This document shows, in pieces, positions 1 through 9,859 of a stretch of DNA of 64,000 nt. Position 1 is the stretch's first letter, and every line of letters begins with the position of its first letter. Origin of the DNA: an uncultured Muribaculaceae bacterium (GTDB lineage Bacteria; Bacteroidota; Bacteroidia; Bacteroidales; Muribaculaceae); the NCBI GenBank assembly GCA_948960475.1, contig CARDOI010000004.1, forward strand, positions 5,012 to 69,011, read 5' to 3'. A program made the translations under genes and the position numbers. The notes below the pieces were generated by a model. That model searched no databases, was not told where the DNA came from, and saw only the letters and a program-made list of their open reading frames with translations.

Positions 1-1
1 C

Positions 2-232
<231 letters not shown>

Positions 233-329
233 GAGGGTGCCGGAACGCGCGCAACTCCTCATCTACCCTCTCTCCTACTACCGGTCAATCAATAACAGCA
301 CTCAATGGAGTGCCCGCATAACCCATCGG

Positions 330-356
330 GGAGACATGCCGTTCCAGCATGTCTCC
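330..356 (+). terminator. Possible hairpin terminator after trxB (9-bp stem ggagacatg/catgtctcc, 9-nt loop)
   Basis: Perfect 9-bp inverted repeat read directly from the sequence. There is no clear T-run, so this is weak. Confidence 0.3.
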
Positions 357-389
357 ACCGATTAGGATGCGACAAATGCATCTTATATT

Positions 390-1007
390 ATGGGAAAAAA
401 GGATATGCCCAACCTGGACTCCACATTGTTCAAAATCAATCTGCCCACGTCACATCCGCAACCCGGCGTATTGTTGGTGGCGGAACCGTTCCTACGGGAA
501 GACCATTTCAACCACGCGGTGATAACCCTTGTGGAATACGCCCGGCGGAAGTCGGCAATGGGACTTGTTCTTAACAAACCCACAGGCTACACCCTCGGAG
601 AGGCAATCGACGGAATAAACGATGATGTCGACACTCCGATTTACTGCGGCGGCCCGGTGGCATGTGACCGTCTCTTTTATCTGCATTCCCTCGGCAATGA
701 ACTCCCTAATTCGCGCAAGCTATCCGACGACCTTTTCATCGGAGGTGACTTCGACAGCGTAAAGGCATATGTCAACATGGGGCTTCCCACCGAAGGACTG
801 ATAAGATTCTTCGTAGGCTACAGCGGTTGGGACCCCGGACAACTCGAGGAGGAAATCAGAACCCACGTATGGGCTGTGGCGCCACGCCCGGCCAACAGCG
901 AGATACTGCGTGAAGACGGCGATTCATTTTGGTACCACATAGTGCGAACCATGGGCACCCCCTACCGCAACTGGCTCTACCATCCCCTAAATCCCCAGTT
1001 CAACTGA
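390..1007 (+). CDS. YqgE/AlgH family protein (UPF0301)
   Basis: 205-aa ORF. The LLVAEPFLREDHFNHAVITLVEY...GLVLNKPTG and FVGYSGWDPGQLEEE motifs are typical of the YqgE/AlgH family. Confidence 0.85.
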   Translation: MGKKDMPNLDSTLFKINLPTSHPQPGVLLVAEPFLREDHFNHAVITLVEYARRKSAMGLVLNKPTGYTLGEAIDGINDDVDTPIYCGGPVACDRLFYLHSLGNELPNSRKLSDDLFIGGDFDSVKAYVNMGLPTEGLIRFFVGYSGWDPGQLEEEIRTHVWAVAPRPANSEILREDGDSFWYHIVRTMGTPYRNWLYHPLNPQFN

Positions 1008-1107
1008 AAAAACGCGATAGCCATTATCGAATTTTTCACATGCCAATTGGTCTGTGTCCGGCAAACAGATTGTTACTTTGCCGAAAACAAAAAAAACGTA
1101 TACCGAT

Positions 1108-1311
1108 ATGACACTACAACTTTTGGCATGGTACTCAATAGCGGCTATATTTGTCGTAATCTTCACCGCCAAGTGCATCGACCGGATGCGAGACCATCAC
1201 CACCGCGCAAAGAACCCATTGTCCATGGGACAGGAATGGGAACAATTCTATCTCCCGGGCGACAGAATCATACGAGACAACGATGACAGCGACGATTTCG
1301 ACGACATATGA
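1108..1311 (+). CDS. Small hypothetical membrane protein with acidic tail
   Basis: ORF 1054..1311. The internal ATG at 1108 gives MTLQLLAWYSIAAIFVVIFTA (one TM helix) followed by a DNDDSDDFDDI tail. It overlaps the next gene start by 29 nt. No family recognised. Confidence 0.35.
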   Translation: MTLQLLAWYSIAAIFVVIFTAKCIDRMRDHHHRAKNPLSMGQEWEQFYLPGDRIIRDNDDSDDFDDI

Positions 1312-2074
1312 GCAAGATGCAAAGTGCGTGTGCAGCTTCCTTTCCGAATATGCCTCACTCCTGTTCAGTTGCGGAGCAACGTGCATACGCCTCGAGAAGA
1401 ATGTGTCGCGTATAGCGGTCAAAATGGGTATGAAAACCGACATAGCCATCATGCCGAGACATATCCACCTCATGGTCACAGATCCGGCTTGCGGCGATAC
1501 GTTCACTTCCGTCACCACCATACGCCCGCATCCCGTGAGCTACGAAATCATTACCCGTCTCAGTCGCTTGAGTTGGGAAATCGCCGACGGCGATAAATCG
1601 CTCGACGACGCCAGGGACTATTTCCAAAAGATTGCCGATACCCCTCCGGCCAACCCCGATGCCGTACTCACCCTGGCATCCCTGGCCAATGCAGCCTTCT
1701 GCCGCCTCTTCGGTGGTGATGCAATAGCCATGTTGACGGTATTCATAGCCACTTTCGCTGGATTCTACCTCAAGCAAGTGATGACAAAACGGAAAATCGA
1801 CATACGCCTCACCGTGGTGGCATGTTCGTTCGTATCGGCAGTGCTGGCTTCCGCCGACAGCCTTTTTAACCTGGGAACCACCCCCGGAATTGCCATAGGC
1901 ACGAGCGTGCTCTATCTTGTGCCGGGAATCGTGTTCATAAATTCATTCTGCGACATGCTCGACGGGCACTACATCTGCGCCATAAGCCGATTCTTCGATG
2001 CAACAATCCTCACATGCTGCCTGTCGGCAGGATTATGCGCAGGAATGATGCTGATGCGAACCGGCATGTTCTGA
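1283..2074 (+). CDS. Threonine/serine exporter family protein (ThrE N-terminal type, DUF1212-like)
   Basis: 263-aa ORF. An N-terminal soluble region (CGATCIRLEKNVSRIA) is followed by multiple TM helices. It is followed by the small ThrE_2-type partner, the usual two-gene arrangement. Confidence 0.75.
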   Translation: MTATISTTYEQDAKCVCSFLSEYASLLFSCGATCIRLEKNVSRIAVKMGMKTDIAIMPRHIHLMVTDPACGDTFTSVTTIRPHPVSYEIITRLSRLSWEIADGDKSLDDARDYFQKIADTPPANPDAVLTLASLANAAFCRLFGGDAIAMLTVFIATFAGFYLKQVMTKRKIDIRLTVVACSFVSAVLASADSLFNLGTTPGIAIGTSVLYLVPGIVFINSFCDMLDGHYICAISRFFDATILTCCLSAGLCAGMMLMRTGMF

Positions 2075-2100
2075 CAGTTCGAGCCATAAAATACACTCCG

Positions 2101-2604
2101 ATGCTAATACAATTCCTGCAAGACGCATTATTCTCGGCAATAGCGGCAATCGGGTTTTCCGCAATAAGCAATCCTCCTCGCCGCGCAATTCCTGTGTGTG
2201 CGCTCATCGCAGCGACCGGGCATTCATTGAGGTTCCTGCTAATGCAGACGGGATTCCTGCAATTGCACATTGTTACAGCCTCCACTATTGCGGCGGCTCT
2301 CATCGGCACGCTTGCCGTGATAATCTCTCCGAAAACGAAAATCCCGGCGGAAACCTATCTCTACCCGTCATTGCTACCGATGATTCCCGGGATATATGCC
2401 TACCGCACCTTCGGAGCCATGGTAATGTGCCTGTATCAAGACGGCGAATCTGGTTTCAACCATTATTTCCATCTGTTTGCCACCAACGGTATGACATGTT
2501 TCTTCATATTGCTCGGAATGGCCGTCGGCGCCACCCTACCAATGTTCCTGATGAAGGACATCTCCTTCCAGGCAACACGCCATAACACCGGTACACCTGG
2601 CTAA
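2101..2604 (+). CDS. Threonine/serine exporter family protein (ThrE_2 small subunit type)
   Basis: ORF 2014..2604. I chose the ATG at 2101 (MLIQFLQDALFSAIAAIGFSAISNPP), which lies just after the upstream stop. The product is a multi-TM protein. Confidence 0.7.
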   Translation: MLIQFLQDALFSAIAAIGFSAISNPPRRAIPVCALIAATGHSLRFLLMQTGFLQLHIVTASTIAAALIGTLAVIISPKTKIPAETYLYPSLLPMIPGIYAYRTFGAMVMCLYQDGESGFNHYFHLFATNGMTCFFILLGMAVGATLPMFLMKDISFQATRHNTGTPG

Positions 2605-2636
2605 CCCATCCTAATCACTTCAACACACCACTCCAC

Positions 2637-3539
2637 ATGGAACTCCGCCAACTCAAATATTTCGTAAAAACAGCCGAGACACTTAGCTTCTCCGAAGCGG
2701 CCAGAATCTGCTGCGTAACCCAAAGCACTTTGTCACAACAGATAAAACAGCTTGAGCAATATCTCGACAGCCAGTTGCTGATACGTACAAGCCACTCCGT
2801 ACAACTCACCGAAGCCGGCGAAGAACTGTTGCCGTATGCACGGCGTACCTTACAGGATGCAACACTGTGCGCCACTCGCCTCAACGACCTGAAATCATGC
2901 CTCGCAGGCACTCTCAACATAGGTGTGACCTACTCTTTCAGCCCCATGCTCACCGAGACTTTGGTAGAATTCATGAAACTTTATCCAAAAGTCAAGCTCA
3001 ACATATTTTACCGCCCTATGGATGAGCTGATGGAAATGCTAAGGACACGTGAAGTCGACTTTGCGCTCGCTTTCAAGCCCTCCCTGCCCATTCCCGACGT
3101 GGCATCGCACATACTGTTCCAAAATCATTTAGCCGTCATAGTCGGGGAAGGCCATTCTCTGGCCTCATTGGAAAAAGTTACACTCCAGGAACTCTCCCGT
3201 TACGACCTTGCACTCCCGGTGAAAGGGCTACAGGCACGCAATGCCCTGGACCAACTTCTCCTCAAATATCCCTGCGAGCTAAAAATACGCATTGAGCTTA
3301 ACGAAGTGAACATATTACTGAAACTCATACGCCATGGCAAACTTGCAACAATCCTGGCCGAAGCATCCATCCACAACGAGACTGGCGTGAAGGCAATCCC
3401 GATTGACATACCTGACAATGAGATGGCCGGATGCGTACACACACTCAAGGACTCCTACCACAAACGTTCAATGCAGGAATTCATACGCCTTCTCGGCGAA
3501 TCTGCTGCAATAAGGGAGCGCGCCAACGCATGGTTATGA
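2637..3539 (+). CDS. LysR family transcriptional regulator
   Basis: N-terminal wHTH MELRQLKYFVKTAETLSFSEAARICCVTQSTLSQQIKQLE plus a LysR substrate-binding-size C-terminal region. 300 aa. Confidence 0.9.
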   Translation: MELRQLKYFVKTAETLSFSEAARICCVTQSTLSQQIKQLEQYLDSQLLIRTSHSVQLTEAGEELLPYARRTLQDATLCATRLNDLKSCLAGTLNIGVTYSFSPMLTETLVEFMKLYPKVKLNIFYRPMDELMEMLRTREVDFALAFKPSLPIPDVASHILFQNHLAVIVGEGHSLASLEKVTLQELSRYDLALPVKGLQARNALDQLLLKYPCELKIRIELNEVNILLKLIRHGKLATILAEASIHNETGVKAIPIDIPDNEMAGCVHTLKDSYHKRSMQEFIRLLGESAAIRERANAWL

Positions 3540-3624
3540 ATCAATAACACATCGATGCCATTATGTTGCCCATGCTTGGTTTAAATTTGCGGTAGATTCT
3601 CTTCCACCTAAAACCAATCATACC

Positions 3625-3855
3625 ATGGAAACAACATTTGTCATTTCACCTCGTGTCATCAACACCATAAACTCTCTTCCTGTCGAAGAACGTCTCGCCG
3701 TGACATCAGCTTTGGCGGCAGAGTTTATTCTTGGAGCGAAATCAACCGGCGACACCTCCCTGACCCCCATACAGGAAGTGATTTACTCTATGATTAAAAT
3801 GTATGTGCGCCACGACACCGAACGGGTGCAACGCTCCATCGGCTACTCTGCCTGA
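3625..3855 (+). CDS. Hypothetical protein (76 aa)
   Basis: Isolated ORF in an otherwise empty gap. No recognisable family. Confidence 0.4.
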   Translation: METTFVISPRVINTINSLPVEERLAVTSALAAEFILGAKSTGDTSLTPIQEVIYSMIKMYVRHDTERVQRSIGYSA

Positions 3856-3912
3856 TGCAGCGCAGCCGGATCAAGAGCATCGCTCAATGCCATGCCTGTA
3901 AAAAAAAGATTC

Positions 3913-4935
3913 TCATAATTTTTTCAGTGCACCCGCAAATGCACGGGCAGCCTGTTGCCATTGCGCAGGAACACTATCCAAAGGATAGACCACAAAATTC
4001 CGATTGGATGCCGAAGGAGGAACAGTGAACACATGGTGATAGCGTGCATCACTCACAATGGCAGCACCCACGCTGTCGCGCGACAATGTAACCTCGACTA
4101 AGGCACCCCCACGTGTATCGCGTGTTTTCATGTTTGAAATGAAATTACCCAGGGAATAGGTAACCAGCACATTACGCCCTGTAAGGGGATTCTGCCGCAT
4201 CTCAAATGGCTGAACGACATGAGGATGCCCGCCAATAATCATATCAACCCCTAACGACACCAGATAATCAGCCAACTTCCGTTGCGACCCTACAGGCAAT
4301 AACACATATTCATCACCCCAGTGCATCGCCACCACAATCAATTCGGCCCCATTCTCACGTGTGGCCCTGACATCTGCGGCCATGCGCTCACGGTCAATAT
4401 AGTCCACCACAACATCACCTTTCACAGAAATGCCATTGGTGCCATAGGTGTAATTCAGAAATCCGATTTTAAAACCCTTTATCTCCTTGATAAACGGGAT
4501 GGAACGCTCGCGTTCCCCTGCATTCACATAAGTCCCGACATGATGCACACCAAGACTGTCCAAAGCGGATATGGTATGCTTCAGCCCTTTATCGCGGCAG
4601 TCGAGGGTATGGTTGTTGGCCGTTAGGAAAAGGTCGAATCCGGCATCCCTCAACGCACAGGCATATGAAACAGGGGCATTAAAACACGGATAACCCGTAA
4701 AGCCTGATTTTCCCAACGGCGTTTCAAGATTCACCACAGCATAGTCTGCATTGCCGATAAGAGGCCTCACCTTATCGAAACAAGCAGAATAATCATACGT
4801 TCCCGGTGAACGGTATGCAGCGTCAATCTGTGCCTGATGCATCATGGCATCACCTGCGAAAAGCAATGTCGCTTCTGAATCGGCAGCCATTGCCAATGTA
4901 AGCTTCATAACTATTGCCAGGATAGCCTCGGACAT
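3913..4935 (-). CDS. CapA family protein (PGA_cap metallophosphatase-like)
   Basis: The LLFAGDAMMHQAQ...ADYAVVNLETP...LFLTANNHTLD...GGHPHVVQP pattern is typical of the CapA/PgsA family. Confidence 0.8.
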   Translation of the reverse strand: MSEAILAIVMKLTLAMAADSEATLLFAGDAMMHQAQIDAAYRSPGTYDYSACFDKVRPLIGNADYAVVNLETPLGKSGFTGYPCFNAPVSYACALRDAGFDLFLTANNHTLDCRDKGLKHTISALDSLGVHHVGTYVNAGERERSIPFIKEIKGFKIGFLNYTYGTNGISVKGDVVVDYIDRERMAADVRATRENGAELIVVAMHWGDEYVLLPVGSQRKLADYLVSLGVDMIIGGHPHVVQPFEMRQNPLTGRNVLVTYSLGNFISNMKTRDTRGGALVEVTLSRDSVGAAIVSDARYHHVFTVPPSASNRNFVVYPLDSVPAQWQQAARAFAGALKKL

Positions 4936-4986
4936 CGCTCTGGGTCGTTTAACGTTAACGCTGAAAACGTTGGATGTCAGTCAACG

Positions 4987-5868
4987 TCACTTATAGATTT
5001 CATGCTTTGCCGCAAGCAAGGTGTTGAGCATCAATGAAACAATTGTCATCGGCCCCACGCCTCCTGGAACAGGTGTTATATAAGCGCATTTAGGCGCCAC
5101 CTCATCGAATTTAACATCTCCGCACAAACGGAATCCGCTTTTGCGCGATGCATCAGGCACACGGGTAGTCCCGACATCAATCACCGTTGCACCCTCCTTA
5201 ACCATATCGGATGTCACAGACTCCGGACGTCCCATGGCAGCTATTATGATGTCAGCCTCACGGCAGATTTCCTTGATATTCCTTGTGTCACGATGGCACA
5301 CAGTCACTGTGGCATTACCCGGGGCCGCTTTCTGCATCATCAGTGCTGCTATGGGCTTACCAACAATGTTGCTACGCCCGAGAACAACACAATGCGCACC
5401 CGATGTGGGAATTCCATAACGCTCCATAAGCGTCATTATTCCGGCCGGAGTGGCACTGCGGAAACATGGCAGCCCGATTGACTGGCGACCTACATTGATG
5501 GGATGGAAACCATCCACATCCTTGCGGTAGTCAATCGCCTCGATAAGCCGTTGCTCTGAAATGTGTCCTGGCAAAGGGAGTTGCACAATGAAGCCGTCCA
5601 CATCAGGATTATCATTAAGCTTTCCTATTTCGGCAAGCAATGTTTCTTCGGTGACATCATCCTCAAAGCGGATAAGCGTTGACGTGAATCCGCACTCGGC
5701 ACAAGCCTTAACCTTGCTGGCCACATAAGTCTCGCTGCCGCCGTCGTGACCCACAAGGATTGCGGCGAGATGCGGTCTGCGGCCTCCGGCAGCCATGATT
5801 TTTTCAACTTCGGCGGCGATTTCCTGTTTGATTTCAGCCGCAACCTTCTTTCCGTCGATGAGTTGCAT
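4987..5868 (-). CDS. folD: Bifunctional methylenetetrahydrofolate dehydrogenase/cyclohydrolase
   Basis: [18 protein letters not shown]...[23 protein letters not shown]...[12 protein letters not shown]...[10 protein letters not shown], 293 aa, canonical FolD. Confidence 0.95.
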   Translation of the reverse strand: MQLIDGKKVAAEIKQEIAAEVEKIMAAGGRRPHLAAILVGHDGGSETYVASKVKACAECGFTSTLIRFEDDVTEETLLAEIGKLNDNPDVDGFIVQLPLPGHISEQRLIEAIDYRKDVDGFHPINVGRQSIGLPCFRSATPAGIMTLMERYGIPTSGAHCVVLGRSNIVGKPIAALMMQKAAPGNATVTVCHRDTRNIKEICREADIIIAAMGRPESVTSDMVKEGATVIDVGTTRVPDASRKSGFRLCGDVKFDEVAPKCAYITPVPGGVGPMTIVSLMLNTLLAAKHEIYK

Positions 5869-5927
5869 AATGAGGATGGTTTTATGTTATGTTATAGTGC
5901 GATTGAATTCAAACCACCGAAGCCTCC

Positions 5928-7256
5928 TTAGCGACGACGCATCTGACGCATCATCTGCATAGGATTCTTCATTGAAGTTGCAGCCTTCATCACCTTGCGG
6001 GTCTGTTCAAACTGCGTCAGCAAGCGGTTCACCTCCTGAAGCGACGTTCCCGAACCGGCTGCTATGCGGCGACGGCGGGAACCGTTTATTATAGATGGAT
6101 TCACACGCTCTTTCTCCGTCATGGAGCTTATGATGGCTTCAATACCCTTGAAGGCATTGTCATCTATCTCAACATCTTTCAACGCTTTCCCCACACCGGG
6201 AATCATTGCTGCCAGATCCTTAAGATTTCCCATCTTCTTGATTTGATGAATCTGCCCGAGGAAATCGTTGAAATTGAATTCATTTTTGGCAATCTTCCGT
6301 TGCAGTTCCCTGGCTTTCTTCTCGTCGAACTGTTGCTGTGCTTTCTCAACGAGCGACACAATGTCGCCCATGCCGAGGATTCGGTCGGCCATACGCGACG
6401 GATGGAACAGGTCGATTGCATCCAGTTTTTCCCCGGTACCCACAAACTTGATGGGTTTCGTTACAACAGTGCGTATCGAAAGGGCTGCACCGCCACGGGT
6501 GTCACCATCGAGCTTCGTAAGCACCACGCCATCGAAATCCAAACGGTCGTTGAATTCCTTCGCCGTGTTGACCGCATCCTGTCCTGTCATCGAATCGACA
6601 ACAAACAGCGTTTCCTGCGGCTTGATAGCTTTCTTGATTGCCTCTATTTCATCCATCATCTGCTCATCGACAGCCAAACGACCGGCTGTGTCGACAATCA
6701 CGAGGTCGAGATGATTGCGCTTGGCATGTTCGATGGCATTCCTGGCAATCTCTACAGGATTCTTGCTACCCTCTTCAGTGTATACAGGCACGTCAATCTG
6801 CTCGGCAAGAACTTTAAGCTGCTCGATAGCGGCAGGACGATAAACGTCGCAGGCCACCAGCAAAGGACGTTTCCCCTTTTCGCTTTTCAGTTTCTTAGCA
6901 ATCTTGCCGGAGAATGTGGTCTTACCAGAACCCTGCAACCCCGACATGAGAATCACCGTCGGGTTGCCGGAAAGATTAACCTGCGCGGTGTCACCCCCCA
7001 TCAGTTGCGCCAGCTCATCATGCACAATCTTCACCATCAGCTCCTGCGGCTTGATGGCATTGATTACGTTCTGCCCGAGAGCCTTGGTTTTAACCGTATC
7101 GGTGAAAGTCTTTGCAACCTTATAATTGACATCGGCGTCCAACAGGGCGCGACGAACATCCTTAAGGGTTTCGGCAACATTTATCTCTGTGATTTTCCCT
7201 TGGCCTTTGAGTATCTTGAAACTCCGCTCGAGTTTCTCACTTAGGTTTTCAAACAT
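5928..7256 (-). CDS. ffh: Signal recognition particle protein Ffh
   Basis: MFENLSEKLERSFKILKG..., GTPase motifs GLQGSGKTT and DTAGR, and a Met-rich M domain with a basic C-terminal tail. Confidence 0.97.
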   Translation of the reverse strand: MFENLSEKLERSFKILKGQGKITEINVAETLKDVRRALLDADVNYKVAKTFTDTVKTKALGQNVINAIKPQELMVKIVHDELAQLMGGDTAQVNLSGNPTVILMSGLQGSGKTTFSGKIAKKLKSEKGKRPLLVACDVYRPAAIEQLKVLAEQIDVPVYTEEGSKNPVEIARNAIEHAKRNHLDLVIVDTAGRLAVDEQMMDEIEAIKKAIKPQETLFVVDSMTGQDAVNTAKEFNDRLDFDGVVLTKLDGDTRGGAALSIRTVVTKPIKFVGTGEKLDAIDLFHPSRMADRILGMGDIVSLVEKAQQQFDEKKARELQRKIAKNEFNFNDFLGQIHQIKKMGNLKDLAAMIPGVGKALKDVEIDDNAFKGIEAIISSMTEKERVNPSIINGSRRRRIAAGSGTSLQEVNRLLTQFEQTRKVMKAATSMKNPMQMMRQMRRR

Positions 7257-7323
7257 GCTTCTATGCTGTGGGGTAAAAGGATTGTTGGATTATAATTTAC
7301 ATCATTCTTGAATCTGTAACGGT

Positions 7324-7680
7324 TCAATCAACCAAACGGTTGGTTGCCGTGTCAGGAAAAATGACGCTCGGTTTAAAACTACGGGCTTCATCGAAAGGCA
7401 TCCTTCCGTAAGCCATTATGATGATAACATCGCCTGGAAGCACCTTGCGGGCGGCGGCACCGTTAAGACAAATAACCCCCGACTTGCGCTCGCCGGGAAT
7501 GGCATAAGTCTCGAACCGCTCGCCATTGTTGTTATCGACTATATACACATGCTCCCCGGGAAGGATGTTGGCGGCATCCATAAGTTCCTGGTCAATGGTT
7601 ATGCTCCCGATATAGTCAAGACGCGCCTCCGTTACGGTCACGCGGTGAATCTTCGATTTTAACACTTCAACCTGCATCAT
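7324..7680 (-). CDS. panD: Aspartate 1-decarboxylase
   Basis: [23 protein letters not shown]... carries the G-S self-cleavage site. 118 aa. Confidence 0.95.
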   Translation of the reverse strand: MMQVEVLKSKIHRVTVTEARLDYIGSITIDQELMDAANILPGEHVYIVDNNNGERFETYAIPGERKSGVICLNGAAARKVLPGDVIIIMAYGRMPFDEARSFKPSVIFPDTATNRLVD

Positions 7681-7708
7681 GGCCGGTGGAATTATCTGTA
7701 ATTAGTTG

Positions 7709-8554
7709 TCAATACCTTATATTATCAATGAGACGCACTTTGCCGCAATAGGCAGTGACGCAACCCACAGGGTGTCCGTTAACGGCATCCTCCCAGTTGT
7801 CAAGCGACTGCATCGTCAAAGGGTCTACAATCTCATAATATTCCACTTCCATGTGTGGAAATGAATTGATTTCATCAATCACAAACCGTTTCGTCTGCTC
7901 CAGCGTGTGGGTCTTTGCCCAGTCCACACTGGCCGCAAGAGTACGGTGGATTACGGGTGCGACCTCGCGCTGCCCGGCAGTAAGACGGGTGTTACGGCTG
8001 CTCATTGCCAGTCCGTCATCCTCGCGGCAGATCGGGCAATCAACAATTTCCAGATTGAACCCTTCAAGTTCCACCATGCGCCTTATCACGGCAATCTGCT
8101 GGAAATCTTTCTCACCGAAATATGCACGGGTAGGCTCCACTATGGAAAAAAGCTTGCTTACAATCTGTGCGACGCCATTGAAATGGCCGGGGCGCATGGC
8201 CCCCTCCATAACGGCCGCCACCTCTCCGAGGTCAAACTGGCGTGTATCAGGTTCTGGATAGACCTCATCCACCGAAGGGATGAAAGCCACATCCACTCCT
8301 GCGGCCTCAAGCTTTGCGCAATCGGCCTCCTCTGTACGGGGATATGTAGCCAGGTCCTCCGCGTTATTGAACTGCGTGGGATTGACGAACACGCTGACCA
8401 CCACCATATCGTTCTCATTCCGGGCACGGTCAACAAGTGAAATGTGACCTGCGTGCAATGCTCCCATGGTCGGCACAAGACCCACCGATTTACCCTCGGA
8501 TTTTGCGCCGGCAACACGGTGTCGCAGCTCGTCTACTTTCCTTATTATTTCCAT
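7709..8554 (-). CDS. panC: Pantoate--beta-alanine ligase
   Basis: ORF 7709..8608. The start most likely lies at the internal ATG (8554), giving [24 protein letters not shown] and FGEKDFQQ motifs are present. Confidence 0.92.
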   Translation of the reverse strand: MEIIRKVDELRHRVAGAKSEGKSVGLVPTMGALHAGHISLVDRARNENDMVVVSVFVNPTQFNNAEDLATYPRTEEADCAKLEAAGVDVAFIPSVDEVYPEPDTRQFDLGEVAAVMEGAMRPGHFNGVAQIVSKLFSIVEPTRAYFGEKDFQQIAVIRRMVELEGFNLEIVDCPICREDDGLAMSSRNTRLTAGQREVAPVIHRTLAASVDWAKTHTLEQTKRFVIDEINSFPHMEVEYYEIVDPLTMQSLDNWEDAVNGHPVGCVTAYCGKVRLIDNIRY

Positions 8555-8690
8555 CTTACGAATTAATGAGTATAATGCCGGAGCCATCGCCACCATGGCA
8601 CGCTCCAAGCTAAATAAACCCAGTTTTTCGGCTGCAAAGGTAGGAAATTATTGTTGAACAATCACTACCTTTGCATTAAGAATATACACA

Positions 8691-9314
8691 ATGACACAAG
8701 AATTTGAATCAAGATTGTTGGAGGGAGCGGTCAGTGAAATCTCCAGGCTCCCGGGCATAGGACGGAAAACCGCGCTACGCCTTGCCCTGCACCTGCTGCG
8801 CGAAGATGTAGCAACCTCCGTATCACTCGGGGAAGCCATTATAAACATGCGCAAGGGGATAAGATATTGCAAGGTGTGCCATAACATATCCGAGACAGAA
8901 ACATGCCCCATATGCGCCGACGGAAGGCGCGACAAATCCACAGTTTGCGTTGTGGAAAACGTAAAAGATGTTCTTATCTTCGAAAACACAGGGTCATACC
9001 GCGGGCTGTATCATGTGCTCGGCGGAGTAATCTCCCCTATCGACGGCATAGGACCCGATAAATTGCAGATTGATTCATTGGTTGAACGAGTGGCATCCGG
9101 CAACATAAACGAGGTGATACTGGCTCTCGGTGCCACCATGGAAGGAGATACCACCGATTACTATATCTACAAACGTCTCGAACGCTATGACATAAAAGTC
9201 ACCCAGCTCGCCCGCGGGGTATCGGTGGGCAACGAGATTGAATACACCGATGAGATTACCCTCGGACGCTCGCTCCTCAACCGCACCCTCTTTTCTGACA
9301 CAATTATAAAATAA
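8691..9314 (+). CDS. recR: Recombination protein RecR
   Basis: Zinc finger [18 protein letters not shown] plus a Toprim region [14 protein letters not shown]. 207 aa. Confidence 0.95.
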   Translation: MTQEFESRLLEGAVSEISRLPGIGRKTALRLALHLLREDVATSVSLGEAIINMRKGIRYCKVCHNISETETCPICADGRRDKSTVCVVENVKDVLIFENTGSYRGLYHVLGGVISPIDGIGPDKLQIDSLVERVASGNINEVILALGATMEGDTTDYYIYKRLERYDIKVTQLARGVSVGNEIEYTDEITLGRSLLNRTLFSDTIIK

Positions 9315-9322
9315 ACGCCGCC

Positions 9323-9859
9323 ATGGGACATTCAGCCGGCATAACACTGCGTGCCATCGAACCATCCGACATAGACCGCCTGTATCTTTGGGAAAACGAC
9401 CCGGAATTGCTCGGGTGCGGAATTTCATCAGCGCCATATTCACGGCACCAACTTTGGGAATATGTCAACAACTATGATGCCGACCCGCTTCACTGCGGTC
9501 AGCTACGGCTTATGATAACCACTGATGGCGAAGCAGTTGGCAGCATTGACCTTTACGACATAGACACCCGCAACAGCCGGGTATCCGTGGGCATAATGAT
9601 TTGCTCTGCACAAAGGAGGAAAGGCATCGCAACTGAAGCCCTTTCGCAGATTGTATCTTACGTGCGCAATACCCTTAACCTCCATCAAATCACGGCCACC
9701 GTAAGCGCGGACAACGCGCCTTCCATAAAGCTTTTCACCCGCGTCGGGTTCATCCACACCGCGACCCTGCGCCAGTGGATTCAAAGAAAAACGGGCACCT
9801 TCGTAGATGCCCGCGTATTTCAGATGTCGCTTCAGGATATCATCCCAGCGGCACAGTGA
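9323..9859 (+). CDS. GNAT family N-acetyltransferase
   Basis: RAIEPSDIDRLYLWENDPE... and the acetyl-CoA motif QRRKGIATEAL. 178 aa. Confidence 0.85.
   Translation: MGHSAGITLRAIEPSDIDRLYLWENDPELLGCGISSAPYSRHQLWEYVNNYDADPLHCGQLRLMITTDGEAVGSIDLYDIDTRNSRVSVGIMICSAQRRKGIATEALSQIVSYVRNTLNLHQITATVSADNAPSIKLFTRVGFIHTATLRQWIQRKTGTFVDARVFQMSLQDIIPAAQ

Noticed and set aside
6243-7244. Long antisense ORFs inside well-supported genes: 6243..7244 opposite ffh, 24210..25394 opposite the Clp ATPase, 12253..12951 opposite rplY, 29188..29790 opposite the TPR gene, 51664..52389 opposite kdsB, 53577..54404 opposite the MBOAT pair, and 56147..56827 opposite rho.
   Set aside because: The opposite-strand products are unmistakable conserved proteins. 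The antisense translations are low-complexity or biased, with no recognisable motifs. These are typical shadow ORFs.
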